Positions 9,904 to 20,371 of a stretch of DNA of 64,000 nucleotides are shown in pieces. The DNA is taken from IMG/VR virus record IMGVR_UViG_3300036790_000386, positions 37,928 through 101,927 of that record. One strand, given 5' to 3'. The notes below the pieces were generated by a model that ran no database searches, was not told the DNA's origin, and saw only the letters and a program-made list of their open reading frames with translations. Source of the DNA: a virus. Numbering within the stretch: the first letter of the stretch is position 1; the number at the start of each line of letters is the position of its first letter. A program made the translations under genes and the position numbers.

Positions 9904-11523
9904 TTATAATTCTGCACTTGCTGTTACTGAGCATTCCATTAAACCTGCTCCTGAAGAGGTTATTAATGCTTGCAATATACATCCAGTATCAGATTCAAAA
10001 TTTACAGCACCTGTAGATGCATTAGTGTAAGCTGGAGATATTATACTAACACTAGGAGTTCCTCTCATCATCGCAGGCCACGTGAACCATTGAAAAATAC
10101 CACCACCAGGTCCATTATAACCTGGTACGATAACAGTTCCAAATTCACAATAATACCTTTGGCACGAAATAAATTCAGTTGCAATGCTACGCCGTTCAAA
10201 TGATGTAGCAACTGTACCTTTTTCAAGTTGAATATCTGTAGCGCCAATTTCGTTATTAATAGTTTCAGGCCAATTTGTACTTGTTGAACTACACAAATAA
10301 GAACCACTTTGCCATGAACCAAAAATGGATGTGGCATAAGTTCCAATAGTGTACGCACCTATAACAAGAGTCAAGCCTGTTGAAGATGAATTAGGAACAT
10401 TTGCTCCTGATGGTATAGATGTTACAGGAATTACTACTTTTTGAAACGCCCCAGATCCTGTATAGGAGAAGTTTTGAACAAACGAGTTTGTGCCAGTCCC
10501 ATCAAGCAAAGCAACGCTATATGTACCATTTACCGTTGCGTAAAAAATAAACGAAATAACAACTGGCTGACCAACAAGATCATAGCAGTTGGCTCCTTCA
10601 ATTCTCTGCTCTATGCCTCCAACATAATTTGTTCCAGTGAAACCAGAACAAGCAGAAATAGCTTGCAAATATATAAAATTGTGCGTTGTTACGCTGCCAT
10701 AACTGCCACCACTTGCTTGACTTTGATAAATGGTCCCAGATACTGCATTATTAATTCCAATAAACCTATCAGGACCACCATAAGCTGTTGTACCGTTGGG
10801 AAGTGAAACCGTACTTCGCTGAGCTACTCGACAATCACCGTTAATAATTCTATTTTTTAAAGTATTGAACTGGCTAACAGTTAAGCCCTGACCACTCGCA
10901 GTACCTGGTGCAATTTGAACAGTACCACCCCCTGAAATAAGATTCCAAGTAGAAGAAGTTGAACTATATTGCAACAATGCTGTATTGCTTGCAACAATTT
11001 CACCTCCTTGCAAAGTAGAGCCACCCATAGTTATGTTCTTAGCATCGCCGCCTGCATTAAATGTTGATGCTCCTATATTTGTATTAGCTGGATTAAACGA
11101 AACAAACATTCCATCAGTATAAGTTGTAATTGCAGGAGTTAAAGCAACAACATAAGCGTTAGCTGAGCCTGAATCTGTTGCTTGATAATTATATGAATTT
11201 TGTTGAATAACATTATTGAAATTAGTTAAAATTCCAGCAGTAACATCAGAATAAATTGTATCTCCTTCAACCCATTCTTGTGCAGTTGAACCTTCTTGTC
11301 CACGAAGAACAGTAAGATTTAAACCTGATATTGCTGTAACCCAAACAATTTCAAATATGCCAGCAGTTGCTGGATGAATAATTGTTAGAGATAAATAAGA
11401 TCCTGAAGGTATTGCCGGAAATCCAGAAACACTTGCTACAGAAACTGTAGTAACAGCATCATTAATGCCGGAAGTTAAATCTGTATCAATATTAGTTCCA
11501 AAAACAAAAACTTCTGTTGTCAT
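9904..11523 (-). CDS. Tail fibre/baseplate-associated protein
   Basis: TVLRGQEGS, DSGSANAY, KNRIINGD.RVAQR and QLEKGTVATSFERR...CQRYY motifs. Confidence 0.75.
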   Translation of the reverse strand: MTTEVFVFGTNIDTDLTSGINDAVTTVSVASVSGFPAIPSGSYLSLTIIHPATAGIFEIVWVTAISGLNLTVLRGQEGSTAQEWVEGDTIYSDVTAGILTNFNNVIQQNSYNYQATDSGSANAYVVALTPAITTYTDGMFVSFNPANTNIGASTFNAGGDAKNITMGGSTLQGGEIVASNTALLQYSSTSSTWNLISGGGTVQIAPGTASGQGLTVSQFNTLKNRIINGDCRVAQRSTVSLPNGTTAYGGPDRFIGINNAVSGTIYQSQASGGSYGSVTTHNFIYLQAISACSGFTGTNYVGGIEQRIEGANCYDLVGQPVVISFIFYATVNGTYSVALLDGTGTNSFVQNFSYTGSGAFQKVVIPVTSIPSGANVPNSSSTGLTLVIGAYTIGTYATSIFGSWQSGSYLCSSTSTNWPETINNEIGATDIQLEKGTVATSFERRSIATEFISCQRYYCEFGTVIVPGYNGPGGGIFQWFTWPAMMRGTPSVSIISPAYTNASTGAVNFESDTGCILQALITSSGAGLMECSVTASAEL

Positions 11524-11525
11524 TA

Positions 11526-12275
11526 TTATGATCCAGGGACAGGAGGTGCAGTTGTACCAGTACCAGGTTTAACACCATTGTGATCATGATTCTGTAGAGT
11601 AACAGAACCACCTGTACCGCTACCTGCTGTAACATCGCCACTTGCTGTAACGTTACCATTACTATCAACACTAAAAAATCCACCAGGAAATGCTAAACTA
11701 AAACCAGCAGGAGTTAAACTCATAGTAGCTGCGCTATCTGGAAGTGTTGCTACTAAACCTGATTTGCTAAAAGTTACTGAAGCTGTGCCATCATCAGAAC
11801 GAAGCTGAACTGTAGTATCACTAACATTATTAAGCAATCTAGTTGAATTGCGACCGCCTAGCTCAAAAAAGCCATCTGAAAGATCATGCTTGCGAAGAGA
11901 ACCAGAATTATTTGAGGCTAGTGTTGGTTGAACTCCACCAAGAAGCCACCAGTTATCAATACACCTAGATGAAAATGAAATTGTTCCTTCGTCACCTACA
12001 GCGACTGGAAACGTCATTGTATAACCACCACCGGATGGAAACTTAATCGGAACCATTGGCATAAGTGGCATTGGAAATGGAACCCAACTTACATTGCCGC
12101 TAGCGTCAACTTGTCTCAATAATGGTGTTATTGTAGATTGAACTGTAACATGCTGGCCATCATCTTCAATTGCTGTAACTATACAAGGCAACTTTGTCCA
12201 CATTCTACTTTGGAGATTGTCCAAAGCAGCATTCATTGCATTTTGTGGGTCTTCCCAGCGTTCATAATTTAACAT
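11526..12275 (-). CDS. Baseplate central spike (Gp138-like)
   Basis: TFPVAVGDEG, RCIDNWW, RKHDLSDG and C-terminal HDHNGV. Confidence 0.85.
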   Translation of the reverse strand: MLNYERWEDPQNAMNAALDNLQSRMWTKLPCIVTAIEDDGQHVTVQSTITPLLRQVDASGNVSWVPFPMPLMPMVPIKFPSGGGYTMTFPVAVGDEGTISFSSRCIDNWWLLGGVQPTLASNNSGSLRKHDLSDGFFELGGRNSTRLLNNVSDTTVQLRSDDGTASVTFSKSGLVATLPDSAATMSLTPAGFSLAFPGGFFSVDSNGNVTASGDVTAGSGTGGSVTLQNHDHNGVKPGTGTTAPPVPGS

Positions 12276-13372
12276 TAGGAACCACCACCATTTATTCCAG
12301 AATATGGTTGAACTTGCTGATAATTTTTTGGATTAGTTGAACCACCAACAGGAACAGCAGAAATAACAACTAAATCAGAATACCAATCATTTCCGCGAGA
12401 GTCGCCTCGATGCTCTACAACAAGAATAATATAAGTTCCATCAGCAGAAACATCCATAATGTAGTCAGAAATTCCAGGACCAGGAAAAATTGGCTCTTGA
12501 ATTCCTTGAATGCTATTGCCTTGCGCAGCTAATGTTTGATTAACTATTGTATTGTTAATTATAACTGGCCGTCGAATTCCATAAGAAGGATTTAAAAGTG
12601 TTCTAACTTCCAATCCATCAGATGTTGTTACTGGAAACCCAACCATACCAGTTAAAGAATTAATAATAAAAGCTGTTGTATCTGAAATCGATACATTAGA
12701 TGGAACTAAAACAAACTGTCCATTCTGTATAGACCACTCCATTGGCTGGCCACCAACGTATACAGACTTAGCTGTATTATCTAAAATTGGAGCAGACAGC
12801 CCATATTGAACAGTTGGTCGAGGTTGTATAGGAAGCACAGGGGCAGCAAGAACTTGACTACTAGGAACAGTTGTATCCCAAGGAGTTAAAGACTGAGCTA
12901 ATGCTTTAATTCTTCCTTGTGGTGTATTTGCAGATCCTATAAGTGTGCTTGATATAGTTGCATTATTGTAGGGTCTATCACCATCAGCTGCATCAATTTC
13001 TAAAAAGCTATCAACAGCCGTTTCGCCTCCAAATTTAATTTGACGAATTGTTCCATCGAAAATAACACCAAAACGGCCATTTAGATAACCAGCAGAAAGT
13101 GTAACTCTACGATACTGATTTTTAATCATAGTTACTAAATTATTACTAACATTATAAATTTTAATACTACAATAATTTGGAATACTTGCAGTTGTTTGAT
13201 GTACTTCAAAGACAATATGAAGCTGTTCTTCACCTGGAGCATCAGACCCAGCAGAAATTTGTGTTGCTACATTAGCTCCAGCCGCTGAATCATAAACAAC
13301 TACTGACCATTTTCGTAACCATTGGTCTGATACAGTTGAAGTTGATGTTGGAGTTGAATATGCTTGTGACAT
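12275..13372 (-). CDS. Baseplate hub protein
   Basis: IKIYN, LSAGY, IFDG.I and GDSRGNDWY motifs; synteny. Confidence 0.8.
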   Translation of the reverse strand: MSQAYSTPTSTSTVSDQWLRKWSVVVYDSAAGANVATQISAGSDAPGEEQLHIVFEVHQTTASIPNYCSIKIYNVSNNLVTMIKNQYRRVTLSAGYLNGRFGVIFDGTIRQIKFGGETAVDSFLEIDAADGDRPYNNATISSTLIGSANTPQGRIKALAQSLTPWDTTVPSSQVLAAPVLPIQPRPTVQYGLSAPILDNTAKSVYVGGQPMEWSIQNGQFVLVPSNVSISDTTAFIINSLTGMVGFPVTTSDGLEVRTLLNPSYGIRRPVIINNTIVNQTLAAQGNSIQGIQEPIFPGPGISDYIMDVSADGTYIILVVEHRGDSRGNDWYSDLVVISAVPVGGSTNPKNYQQVQPYSGINGGGS

Positions 13373-13376
13373 TCAG

Positions 13377-13460
13377 TTTCCCGCGCGCGTTGCGCGCCTC
13401 GCCGCCTTCGGCGGCTCGCACAAACACAAAGAAGAATTAAGATTTATTACACCAGGCCCC
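13377..13460 (-). repeat. Dispersed double-hairpin element, copy 1
   Basis: GGGGCCTGGTG...TTTGTGTTTGTGCGA-hairpin-GAG-hairpin-GGAAA; four other copies in the window. Confidence 0.85.
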
Positions 13461-13463
13461 GAA

Positions 13464-13766
13464 CTAAATTTGTCCAAAATCAGTGGTGAAGTATAAATAG
13501 CCATTTGACCCAAAACTTGCGTAAGTTAGCGGAGCATCTGGATCATTTGCAGTTTGAACAAAAAAATCACCGCCGCCTGCAATATCTAAATAGCCATATT
13601 GTCGAAGAAGACCAATACCTGTAACAAGAGCAATACCTGCGACGATTGGGTTGTTAGATGAATCATTGATATCCATAATCCACTCTTGGCCGATATTATT
13701 CCATACAATTTTGAGATTGTAGGTTTCACCTCCGAGGGAGATTGTGAATTGTTGTGGAACACCCAT
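13464..13766 (-). CDS. Small baseplate protein
   Basis: QQFTISL...WIMDI...GIALVTG..LL.QY.YL; synteny. Confidence 0.7.
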   Translation of the reverse strand: MGVPQQFTISLGGETYNLKIVWNNIGQEWIMDINDSSNNPIVAGIALVTGIGLLRQYGYLDIAGGGDFFVQTANDPDAPLTYASFGSNGYLYFTTDFGQI

Positions 13767-13767
13767 A

Positions 13768-14493
13768 TTAACCTACATTTGGAAAAGTGTTACTAGATAA
13801 AGGTACCGTAGAAGCACCTGTTTGAATTGGAATTGTTTGAGCATTTGAGGGGGATGAAGTGGGTGCTGTAAATACACTGTTATAGGAAGAGGAGTTTAAA
13901 GCTGAAGGTGGAGTAGTTGTTTGAGCACCATTATTAGTTGTTGGTAGAGATGATTGAGGATTTGATTGGTTAGCTGGGTTAGACGAGATTGTTGTTGTTT
14001 GTGTGTTGACAATGAAGACTTGTTGAAGACTCATTTCAACGCGAAGCGCCCATTCGGATGTTTCATCCGTTTCGACAACTAAGCTTTGCATGAGTATGTT
14101 TTGATAAACACGCTTGCCTGTATAAAGAGTGAATGGTGCACGATCTGCTTGAAATTTAAGCAAATCTAAATAGATAGAATTAATATAATAGGGATCAAAG
14201 TTAAATGGAGCAGAGTTTGACCAACCTAAACGAAGTTGAACTTGAGCCGGGCGTTTGTAAGCGTGATCTGAGATGTTTGCGCCGGCTTCGATTGGGTGTT
14301 CAGTTATATAAAGTTCATCTCTGTGTTCTTCGCTTTCTGTTACGTCTGCAACAAAGTATAAGCCTCCAGATGGGCCGCCTGGAGATTCTGGGCCAATGGC
14401 CCGAAAAGGTACTGATGGCGTTAGAAAGACGGGGCCGATAACGGTGCCGCCAATACCTTGACCTGTGTTTGCGGTTGTTCCAGCACCTGACAT
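13768..14493 (-). CDS. Dit-like/tube-initiator baseplate protein
   Basis: ITEHPIE.GA.ISDHAYKRP and TGKRVYQN motifs. Confidence 0.75.
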   Translation of the reverse strand: MSGAGTTANTGQGIGGTVIGPVFLTPSVPFRAIGPESPGGPSGGLYFVADVTESEEHRDELYITEHPIEAGANISDHAYKRPAQVQLRLGWSNSAPFNFDPYYINSIYLDLLKFQADRAPFTLYTGKRVYQNILMQSLVVETDETSEWALRVEMSLQQVFIVNTQTTTISSNPANQSNPQSSLPTTNNGAQTTTPPSALNSSSYNSVFTAPTSSPSNAQTIPIQTGASTVPLSSNTFPNVG

Positions 14494-14494
14494 T

Positions 14495-16639
14495 TTATGT
14501 CACTTGTGAATAAAAATTACGGTAGAGAGTTGAATTGGTTCTGCCAACCGCCTTAGCAACCTTTGAGCCAATTTCAGGCCCATTGACGCCATGAACGTGG
14601 ACTTCGGTATGTGGACTAAAGGCATAATGTGTATTTCCCATACCAGATATTGGAGCAAGACCATTAATGATATGTTTACCAAGATTGTGTAAAGGATCTA
14701 AATTAGGGGCAGCTTGGTGCTGGTTAGTTTTATCAAGATGGGATGCTGGTTTATATTCTGTTGCTTTAGCTTCAGGGATTATACCAAAAGCTGTATGAAG
14801 TTGTTTGGTAACAAAATTTGTTAGAGAAGCAGCATATTGAGTGAATGCTGGATCTTTAGCGCGCTCATATTGTTCCATAGCACGAGCAGCATCTGGTGCA
14901 GTTTTTGAAGTTTTAATAGCTGTTAGTGCTGCATTTTCAGTGCTGTTCATCTCATGCCAGATAAGTTCAAGCTGTTTGTTGAGGTCACCGCCTGTCTGTG
15001 TAGCTGCTGATCTACGAGAACCTAGCCACTGAGCTATACCATATGCACCGGATAGTGGATTAACTGCATTTGGGTTTAAGTTGGATTCTGCGTCTAGGCG
15101 AGCTACAACACCAACAGATTGATCTTTTGTTAATCCTTTGGATTCAAAGAATGCAACAGCTTTTTGAATATTTAGATCTTCTTGTTTAGACCCAATTTTT
15201 TGTCCAGCATTAGCTGGAAGTTGATCTTTTTCTTGTGGAGTTGCTGGTCCGGTAGCTGGACTAATCCCTAAAGATTGTTCAAGAGCTTTAGCAAGAGTTT
15301 GAACTTGATCTTCAAGCGCAGTTTGAGTGCTACCTGATTTTGGTTTAAGTTGAACAAATGGGATATAGCTTCCGACGCCGCGAAGCCAATTTAGAAAAAT
15401 AGGCCAAATTCCATCAGCAGCTGCAATTTCAACGTTAGGAGATTGAGTGACACCAGTAAGCCAAGTGTGCATTGGGTCCCAAATATAAGTTTTGATCCAA
15501 GCATTATCTTGTTTGGCTCTGTCAGCTGCTTGTTTGTCGAATTCTTGTTTATTTTGATCTAAATCACTTAAATTAGATTTAAAAGTATCTGAAAATAATT
15601 TGATCCATGGGCCAAAAATTGCAGCAGGAATTTTATTTATTTGCGCTGTTACTCCGCCAGGTGCTAGTGCTGCTTCAGTTTTATCGTGTGGTTGAAGCGC
15701 CCCAGATGAATAACCTAACATGTTTAAGAGTGCAGCAGTTTTGTTGCCAAAATCCACTAAAGATTGTATGAAATGCGTTAATTGATCAAATGCGTGTGGA
15801 AGCTGATCTGCAAGACCGTTGATTTGTGTTGTGTGTGTAGAAATATAATCGTTTAATTGGCCTAATAGGTGAATTAAAGTTGGAAAAGATTTTAGAGTAA
15901 AATCTGCAAGAGTAGCTTGCATTTGAGCATCAAGTGTATCGAGTTGACGCTGCAAATCTACTGCATTTTTTGCTCCACCTTGTGTTCCAAGATTAAGACC
16001 TGTTAGAGTCTTATGGTATTGCTCTATATATGGCGCTGTTTGATTAAGATTTTGGCCTAATTGACGAATAATATCAGGATCAATATTGAGAGTACTAAGG
16101 AGTGAACGCTCTGCGTATTGCTGTTGTTTGGTGAGACTGTTGTACCATTTAGCTAGATCGTGCAGAGCCTTTTCAGGATCTGTTTCATTGCCAATAATTT
16201 GCTTTAAGAGAGCATCTTTAGGTTGGTCGCGTAAAGCTTTAGAGACAGCTAAAAGTTGATCAGTTAAACCATTAACGCCAAGGCCAGCCAGTTGCGATTG
16301 CAACTGGATTTCCATTAAATCTTGAATGGGAACTTTGAAGGTAGAGTTTAGTTGCTGAGCAGTATAATAAAAACCTGTAAAGGTCTTCATTGTACTATCG
16401 ATGGCTTTAGCTATGCCACCAAGTGCTCCGCCAACGCCTATAGCATAAGTACTAAAACCTAAGAGACTTAAATCTAGAATTCCCTTCAAAATCTTTGAAG
16501 AGTCTCCAGTTTTGCCTACAAAAGCTTTAAAGCCTGCCGTGATATTGTCTTCACTTTTGGCTAAAGAACTGTCGTCTACGACGTATTTAATGGAAACGAC
16601 AAATTCTTTAATTACCTCACCGCCCGTAGTTGCTGGCAT
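14495..16639 (-). CDS. Tape measure protein with phage tail lysozyme domain
   Basis: Helical N-terminus; AESNLNPNAVN..GAYGIAQW...YER; follows the tail chaperone. Confidence 0.8.
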   Translation of the reverse strand: MPATTGGEVIKEFVVSIKYVVDDSSLAKSEDNITAGFKAFVGKTGDSSKILKGILDLSLLGFSTYAIGVGGALGGIAKAIDSTMKTFTGFYYTAQQLNSTFKVPIQDLMEIQLQSQLAGLGVNGLTDQLLAVSKALRDQPKDALLKQIIGNETDPEKALHDLAKWYNSLTKQQQYAERSLLSTLNIDPDIIRQLGQNLNQTAPYIEQYHKTLTGLNLGTQGGAKNAVDLQRQLDTLDAQMQATLADFTLKSFPTLIHLLGQLNDYISTHTTQINGLADQLPHAFDQLTHFIQSLVDFGNKTAALLNMLGYSSGALQPHDKTEAALAPGGVTAQINKIPAAIFGPWIKLFSDTFKSNLSDLDQNKQEFDKQAADRAKQDNAWIKTYIWDPMHTWLTGVTQSPNVEIAAADGIWPIFLNWLRGVGSYIPFVQLKPKSGSTQTALEDQVQTLAKALEQSLGISPATGPATPQEKDQLPANAGQKIGSKQEDLNIQKAVAFFESKGLTKDQSVGVVARLDAESNLNPNAVNPLSGAYGIAQWLGSRRSAATQTGGDLNKQLELIWHEMNSTENAALTAIKTSKTAPDAARAMEQYERAKDPAFTQYAASLTNFVTKQLHTAFGIIPEAKATEYKPASHLDKTNQHQAAPNLDPLHNLGKHIINGLAPISGMGNTHYAFSPHTEVHVHGVNGPEIGSKVAKAVGRTNSTLYRNFYSQVT

Positions 16640-16893
16640 TATTTTCTCCTACTAGGTGACGTAACTGAAGGTTTTGATGCGCGATATTGATTTTCAATTT
16701 TTGCATCAAGGTAGTCATTGGCATCTGCAAAATCACACAGACTGTAGTTAGAATCATTCATGTTCTCCCATCTAAGCATTCCTGCTTCAACAGGTCGCAT
16801 AAGAAAATCTAGGCCAGTGCCGGAATCAACTAGATTTACCGTGGACGCACTTGGGAAGCTAAAACTCCAGCTGCGCCCTGGCCTGGAAAAAAA
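16639..16893 (-). CDS. Tail chaperone C-terminal extension (gpGT-like) reached by -1 frameshift
   Basis: -1 frame from GGT TTT TTT is open to a TAA overlapping the tape measure ATG (...DFLMRPVEAG...DANDYLD...). Confidence 0.75.
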   Translation of the reverse strand, partial: FFSRPGRSWSFSFPSASTVNLVDSGTGLDFLMRPVEAGMLRWENMNDSNYSLCDFADANDYLDAKIENQYRASKPSVTSPSRRK

Positions 16894-17231
16894 CCGCCGA
16901 GGTTTTCCTTAAGAACTGCAACAACAATCTGAAAGATATCTTGTGCTTTTAGATCATCAAACATCAGTTGGTTTGTATGCTGGGCTGTTAAAGGTGACCA
17001 GACACCATCGGCAATCTTCTTGGAAACGATAGCCAAGCAAGGATCTACAATGGCGTCTACATCAGCGTCAGACATTTTAGCAACGTGTTCAGTGAACGCA
17101 GCGATAACTTGATCTTCTTCGCCTTTGAAAGCTAGAGAGAGCGGCGCAATGCGTCGCGCAATATGTAATTGTTGTTTTGGTGTAAGTTTTCCAATCCTGT
17201 ATGTAGTGCTCTCAATAACAATCTCAGCCAT
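16836..17231 (-). CDS. Tail assembly chaperone
   Basis: YRIGKL...QLHIARR and ENLGGFF; lies between tube and tape measure. Confidence 0.8.
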   Translation of the reverse strand: MAEIVIESTTYRIGKLTPKQQLHIARRIAPLSLAFKGEEDQVIAAFTEHVAKMSDADVDAIVDPCLAIVSKKIADGVWSPLTAQHTNQLMFDDLKAQDIFQIVVAVLKENLGGFFPGQGAAGVLASQVRPR

Positions 17232-17244
17232 TTAAACGCTCCAA

Positions 17245-17742
17245 TTAAAGCACCGACGCCACAGCGGCATTGATGAGGCCAACAAGGCCCTGACCCAACT
17301 CAGGCACGATATAGCCGGTGAATTCCCATTCATTCATGTTGCCTTCTGTTGCATAAACAACATCTGGGTGTTTAGCGAATGCCATATAGACACCGCCAAT
17401 ATTGTCACCCTGAACAGAGTTATTAATAGAAATGACGTTTTTACCCCAAAGAGCAGAACCACCAATACGTTGATAGTTGTAAAGAGAAGAAAGCATCCCG
17501 TTAACTGGAGATGCTTTCAGAAGACGGACAGTGATGGAACCAGTCATACCAGCGTGAAGGCTGTGCATGATAGAACCATCAGCGCCTGTAACGATTGTAT
17601 CCTTTGGATCTGTGTGAGCAAAAGTAATACCTTCAGCAGAAACGCCAGCACCATTTGCAAGACCAAAGTTTCCCCCTGGTCCTGTAATAGTGGCATTAAC
17701 GTCCTGAAAGGAATAGGTATATGCACCACTTGCAAGTGTCAT
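17245..17742 (-). CDS. Tail tube protein (DUF3277-like)
   Basis: YSFQDV.ATITGP, GADG..MHS and EWEF motifs. Confidence 0.85.
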   Translation of the reverse strand: MTLASGAYTYSFQDVNATITGPGGNFGLANGAGVSAEGITFAHTDPKDTIVTGADGSIMHSLHAGMTGSITVRLLKASPVNGMLSSLYNYQRIGGSALWGKNVISINNSVQGDNIGGVYMAFAKHPDVVYATEGNMNEWEFTGYIVPELGQGLVGLINAAVASVL

Positions 17743-17778
17743 TTTAGTTACTCCAAACTAAATTGAATTAAAGCTACT

Positions 17779-19641
17779 TTATTGGTTAATCAACATATTC
17801 ACGATGATATCGTGAACTGCTCCAGCTTCTTTTCCGAGAATCTGGATAGTCGGAGAAACACGAATATCACGCTGAGCCGCCGATTGAGTAGAAATTGGAG
17901 CAGCCCAAACATAGTAGCCGTTAGAAAGAGTTTGACCAGTTTGAACAGGACCAACAGCAGCTGAAGTCCAAGTACCTGCGGCAAGATAGCCATTGTTAAC
18001 AAATGCCTGGCAAGCGTTCTGGCAAACAGTTACCAGTTGAGCAATGCCTGCATCGGTCTGTGGAATTTTGGTGCCAGTAGAAACCATAAAGTTGAAGAGA
18101 TCAGTCTGAATGTAATTAACAAGACCATCAAGACCAAAAATTTCATCAACGAAAGCGCCAGCAGCCATTGTACCATTAACAACAATAGCAACACCATTGT
18201 TAAAAAGAGCATAATAGTTATAACGCTTGGCGTTAAGCGTAGCAGCGTTGTTTGGAGAAAGCGTTTCGTAACTGAAGCCAGAAAGCTGCTGCCACATTAA
18301 GGTAAGCATGGAATCTTCAGCAGCGAAGTTAACAGTTAGAAGCTTGCCATAGAGGCCGCCTACACCATATGGATTCTGAGAACTATACATATAGAACGTG
18401 CGCTGATAGCCTTGCGCATGAAGCTCTGAACCAATATCACTGGAACTTTCAGCATTAAGTGCTGAAGCTTCAGATGTAGTTAAACCAAAGATATGCGGAT
18501 TGCCGGTAGTAGCTGTACTTGCTTCAATATATGCTGCAATTGTAAGAGCATCAGCATCTGTAAAGTCTTCATTATTGGTGCCTGCTGCAAATTCAAGACC
18601 ATACCAATAGACGGTAAGATTGTCGAGAATTTCAACAGCTGCAAGTGGAGTTTCAGCTGCAACACCTGAAGAAGCATAACTTGCAAGTGCACTAGTACAA
18701 AGAAACTGAGACGAGATATCTGTACCAGTGCCAGCATTCGTCATGAAACTGACAGAAGAAGTTGTGCCAGTGGTGCCTGAAGTCAGAATGAATTCTGCTG
18801 CATTCAGATTCCAGAGGAAAGTGGCGCTTGTGCTGCCAGCAGTTGTAGCAGTATTGGTATTTGGAAGAGCAGCGCCAGAAATTAAGCCAGAACCTGGAAG
18901 TTGAAAGTGAGTTCCAATAGCAATTGGTGAAAGATTCTGTAAAGTTTCAGCACCAGTTGAGGATGCAATATAGCAATTCCAAGTTGTGACTTCTGGACCA
19001 TTTGCAGCTGGACTTGCAACTACAGGAACATTGTCAATAAGAATAAGCTGGCTCGCCTCAGCTGATGGCAAAGTTTCACCGTTAGCTGTATTATATGTTG
19101 TTTTAACATAGTACGTTGTTTGTGCAAGCGAACCACTGGTAGCGGAGGTAATAACAGGCAAAGCTGGAACAGTAACACCAGCAGACTGAATAGCAGATTG
19201 AACGGTGGAAGCAACGCCATTCAGATTGGTCTGAGCGCTGAAGTTCAGGCTAGAGATAATAAAGCTGGAACCATCAATCGAAACTTTAAAAGAACCAGCA
19301 GCAATTGAGGTCCAATTTGCTATTACTTGGTCAGCAGAAGACAAAGGACCAGATACAAGATCACCACTGGAAGCAGAAGATGCCCAACGACCAATATAAA
19401 GATATGTTGGTGATGGTGTTTGGTCAAAATAGATTTCAGCTGCAAGATATTCAGGTGTTGTGCCTGAAAAATCGTTTCCAACTTCAGCAAGAGACTGATA
19501 AAATCTAATACGCTGATAAGTGTCGATTACGTTACTATCACCAACAATCAGAAGCGTTTGCAGATTAAGAAAACTTGCTCCGATTGGAGTCAGCGATGCT
19601 GTTACATCGACAACTTGGGTAACAGGAAGACCCTGGGTCAT
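17779..19641 (-). CDS. Tail sheath protein (DUF3383-like)
   Basis: PEY.AA..YF.Q.P, YIGRW, KIPQTDAG and GAVH motifs. Confidence 0.9.
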   Translation of the reverse strand: MTQGLPVTQVVDVTASLTPIGASFLNLQTLLIVGDSNVIDTYQRIRFYQSLAEVGNDFSGTTPEYLAAEIYFDQTPSPTYLYIGRWASSASSGDLVSGPLSSADQVIANWTSIAAGSFKVSIDGSSFIISSLNFSAQTNLNGVASTVQSAIQSAGVTVPALPVITSATSGSLAQTTYYVKTTYNTANGETLPSAEASQLILIDNVPVVASPAANGPEVTTWNCYIASSTGAETLQNLSPIAIGTHFQLPGSGLISGAALPNTNTATTAGSTSATFLWNLNAAEFILTSGTTGTTSSVSFMTNAGTGTDISSQFLCTSALASYASSGVAAETPLAAVEILDNLTVYWYGLEFAAGTNNEDFTDADALTIAAYIEASTATTGNPHIFGLTTSEASALNAESSSDIGSELHAQGYQRTFYMYSSQNPYGVGGLYGKLLTVNFAAEDSMLTLMWQQLSGFSYETLSPNNAATLNAKRYNYYALFNNGVAIVVNGTMAAGAFVDEIFGLDGLVNYIQTDLFNFMVSTGTKIPQTDAGIAQLVTVCQNACQAFVNNGYLAAGTWTSAAVGPVQTGQTLSNGYYVWAAPISTQSAAQRDIRVSPTIQILGKEAGAVHDIIVNMLINQ

Positions 19642-19680
19642 TTTAGATACCTTTCACCAATTCTTTAATTAAAAGTTGAT

Positions 19681-20370
19681 TTAGGGACCAGGGACAACAA
19701 CAGTTGTCTCTCCTGTCATTATACTACTATTACCATCAGAGACTGAAGCAGAAATAGTAGCACCTAAAATATTTAAAATAGGATATTGACGCAGAATTGC
19801 GCGAGTAAATTTGTAGTTTCTATCAACTCGTCTTAACCAAGTATTTTTAATCAGCTGAGGAACAATTGTCTTTTTGTAATAACTGACAACACCCATAGAA
19901 GTTAATTGAAGAATTTCACGATTCTGTGGGATTTGAAGACCGTCTCTCAGCGCTGCATCATATTGATCAGCATTGGGGCCGTAAAATGAAACCAATAGAT
20001 TAAATGTTTCATATTGCTCCATGATATCACGACCACCATTTGCTCCATCGTGCATCACAACAGCCCAACCTGGGATAAGATCTTGTTCAGTTACGCCAAC
20101 AGCAGCCCATGTAACATTAGAAGGTGGAAGCACTGGAGGTTCTGGCTGCCAACGAGGCCAAACTAGAGTAGGATCTAGTGTAGAAATTCCTGCAACAAGC
20201 TGTTGCATAAAATCATCTAGATCCTGCCCCTCCATTGGCTTTGTGCCGTCAGAGTAGCCAGCATCAAGACCAAGACCAGGAACATCGAATTGAAAGCGAA
20301 AAAGACCAGGGCCTGGAGCAACAAATCCCTGTTGAGCCGATGTTTGAGCAATAACAGGGGTATTTGCCAT
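19681..20370 (-). CDS. Tail terminator/neck protein
   Basis: PRWQPEPP, SFYGP and LRDGL.IPQNR motifs; lies upstream of sheath. Confidence 0.7.
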   Translation of the reverse strand: MANTPVIAQTSAQQGFVAPGPGLFRFQFDVPGLGLDAGYSDGTKPMEGQDLDDFMQQLVAGISTLDPTLVWPRWQPEPPVLPPSNVTWAAVGVTEQDLIPGWAVVMHDGANGGRDIMEQYETFNLLVSFYGPNADQYDAALRDGLQIPQNREILQLTSMGVVSYYKKTIVPQLIKNTWLRRVDRNYKFTRAILRQYPILNILGATISASVSDGNSSIMTGETTVVVPGP

Positions 20371-20371
20371 T

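Noticed and set aside
13377-13460. Double-hairpin element as a simple terminator or known ribozyme
   Set aside because: No U tract follows the hairpins on either strand, and no hammerhead, HDV, twister or pistol core could be fitted by eye
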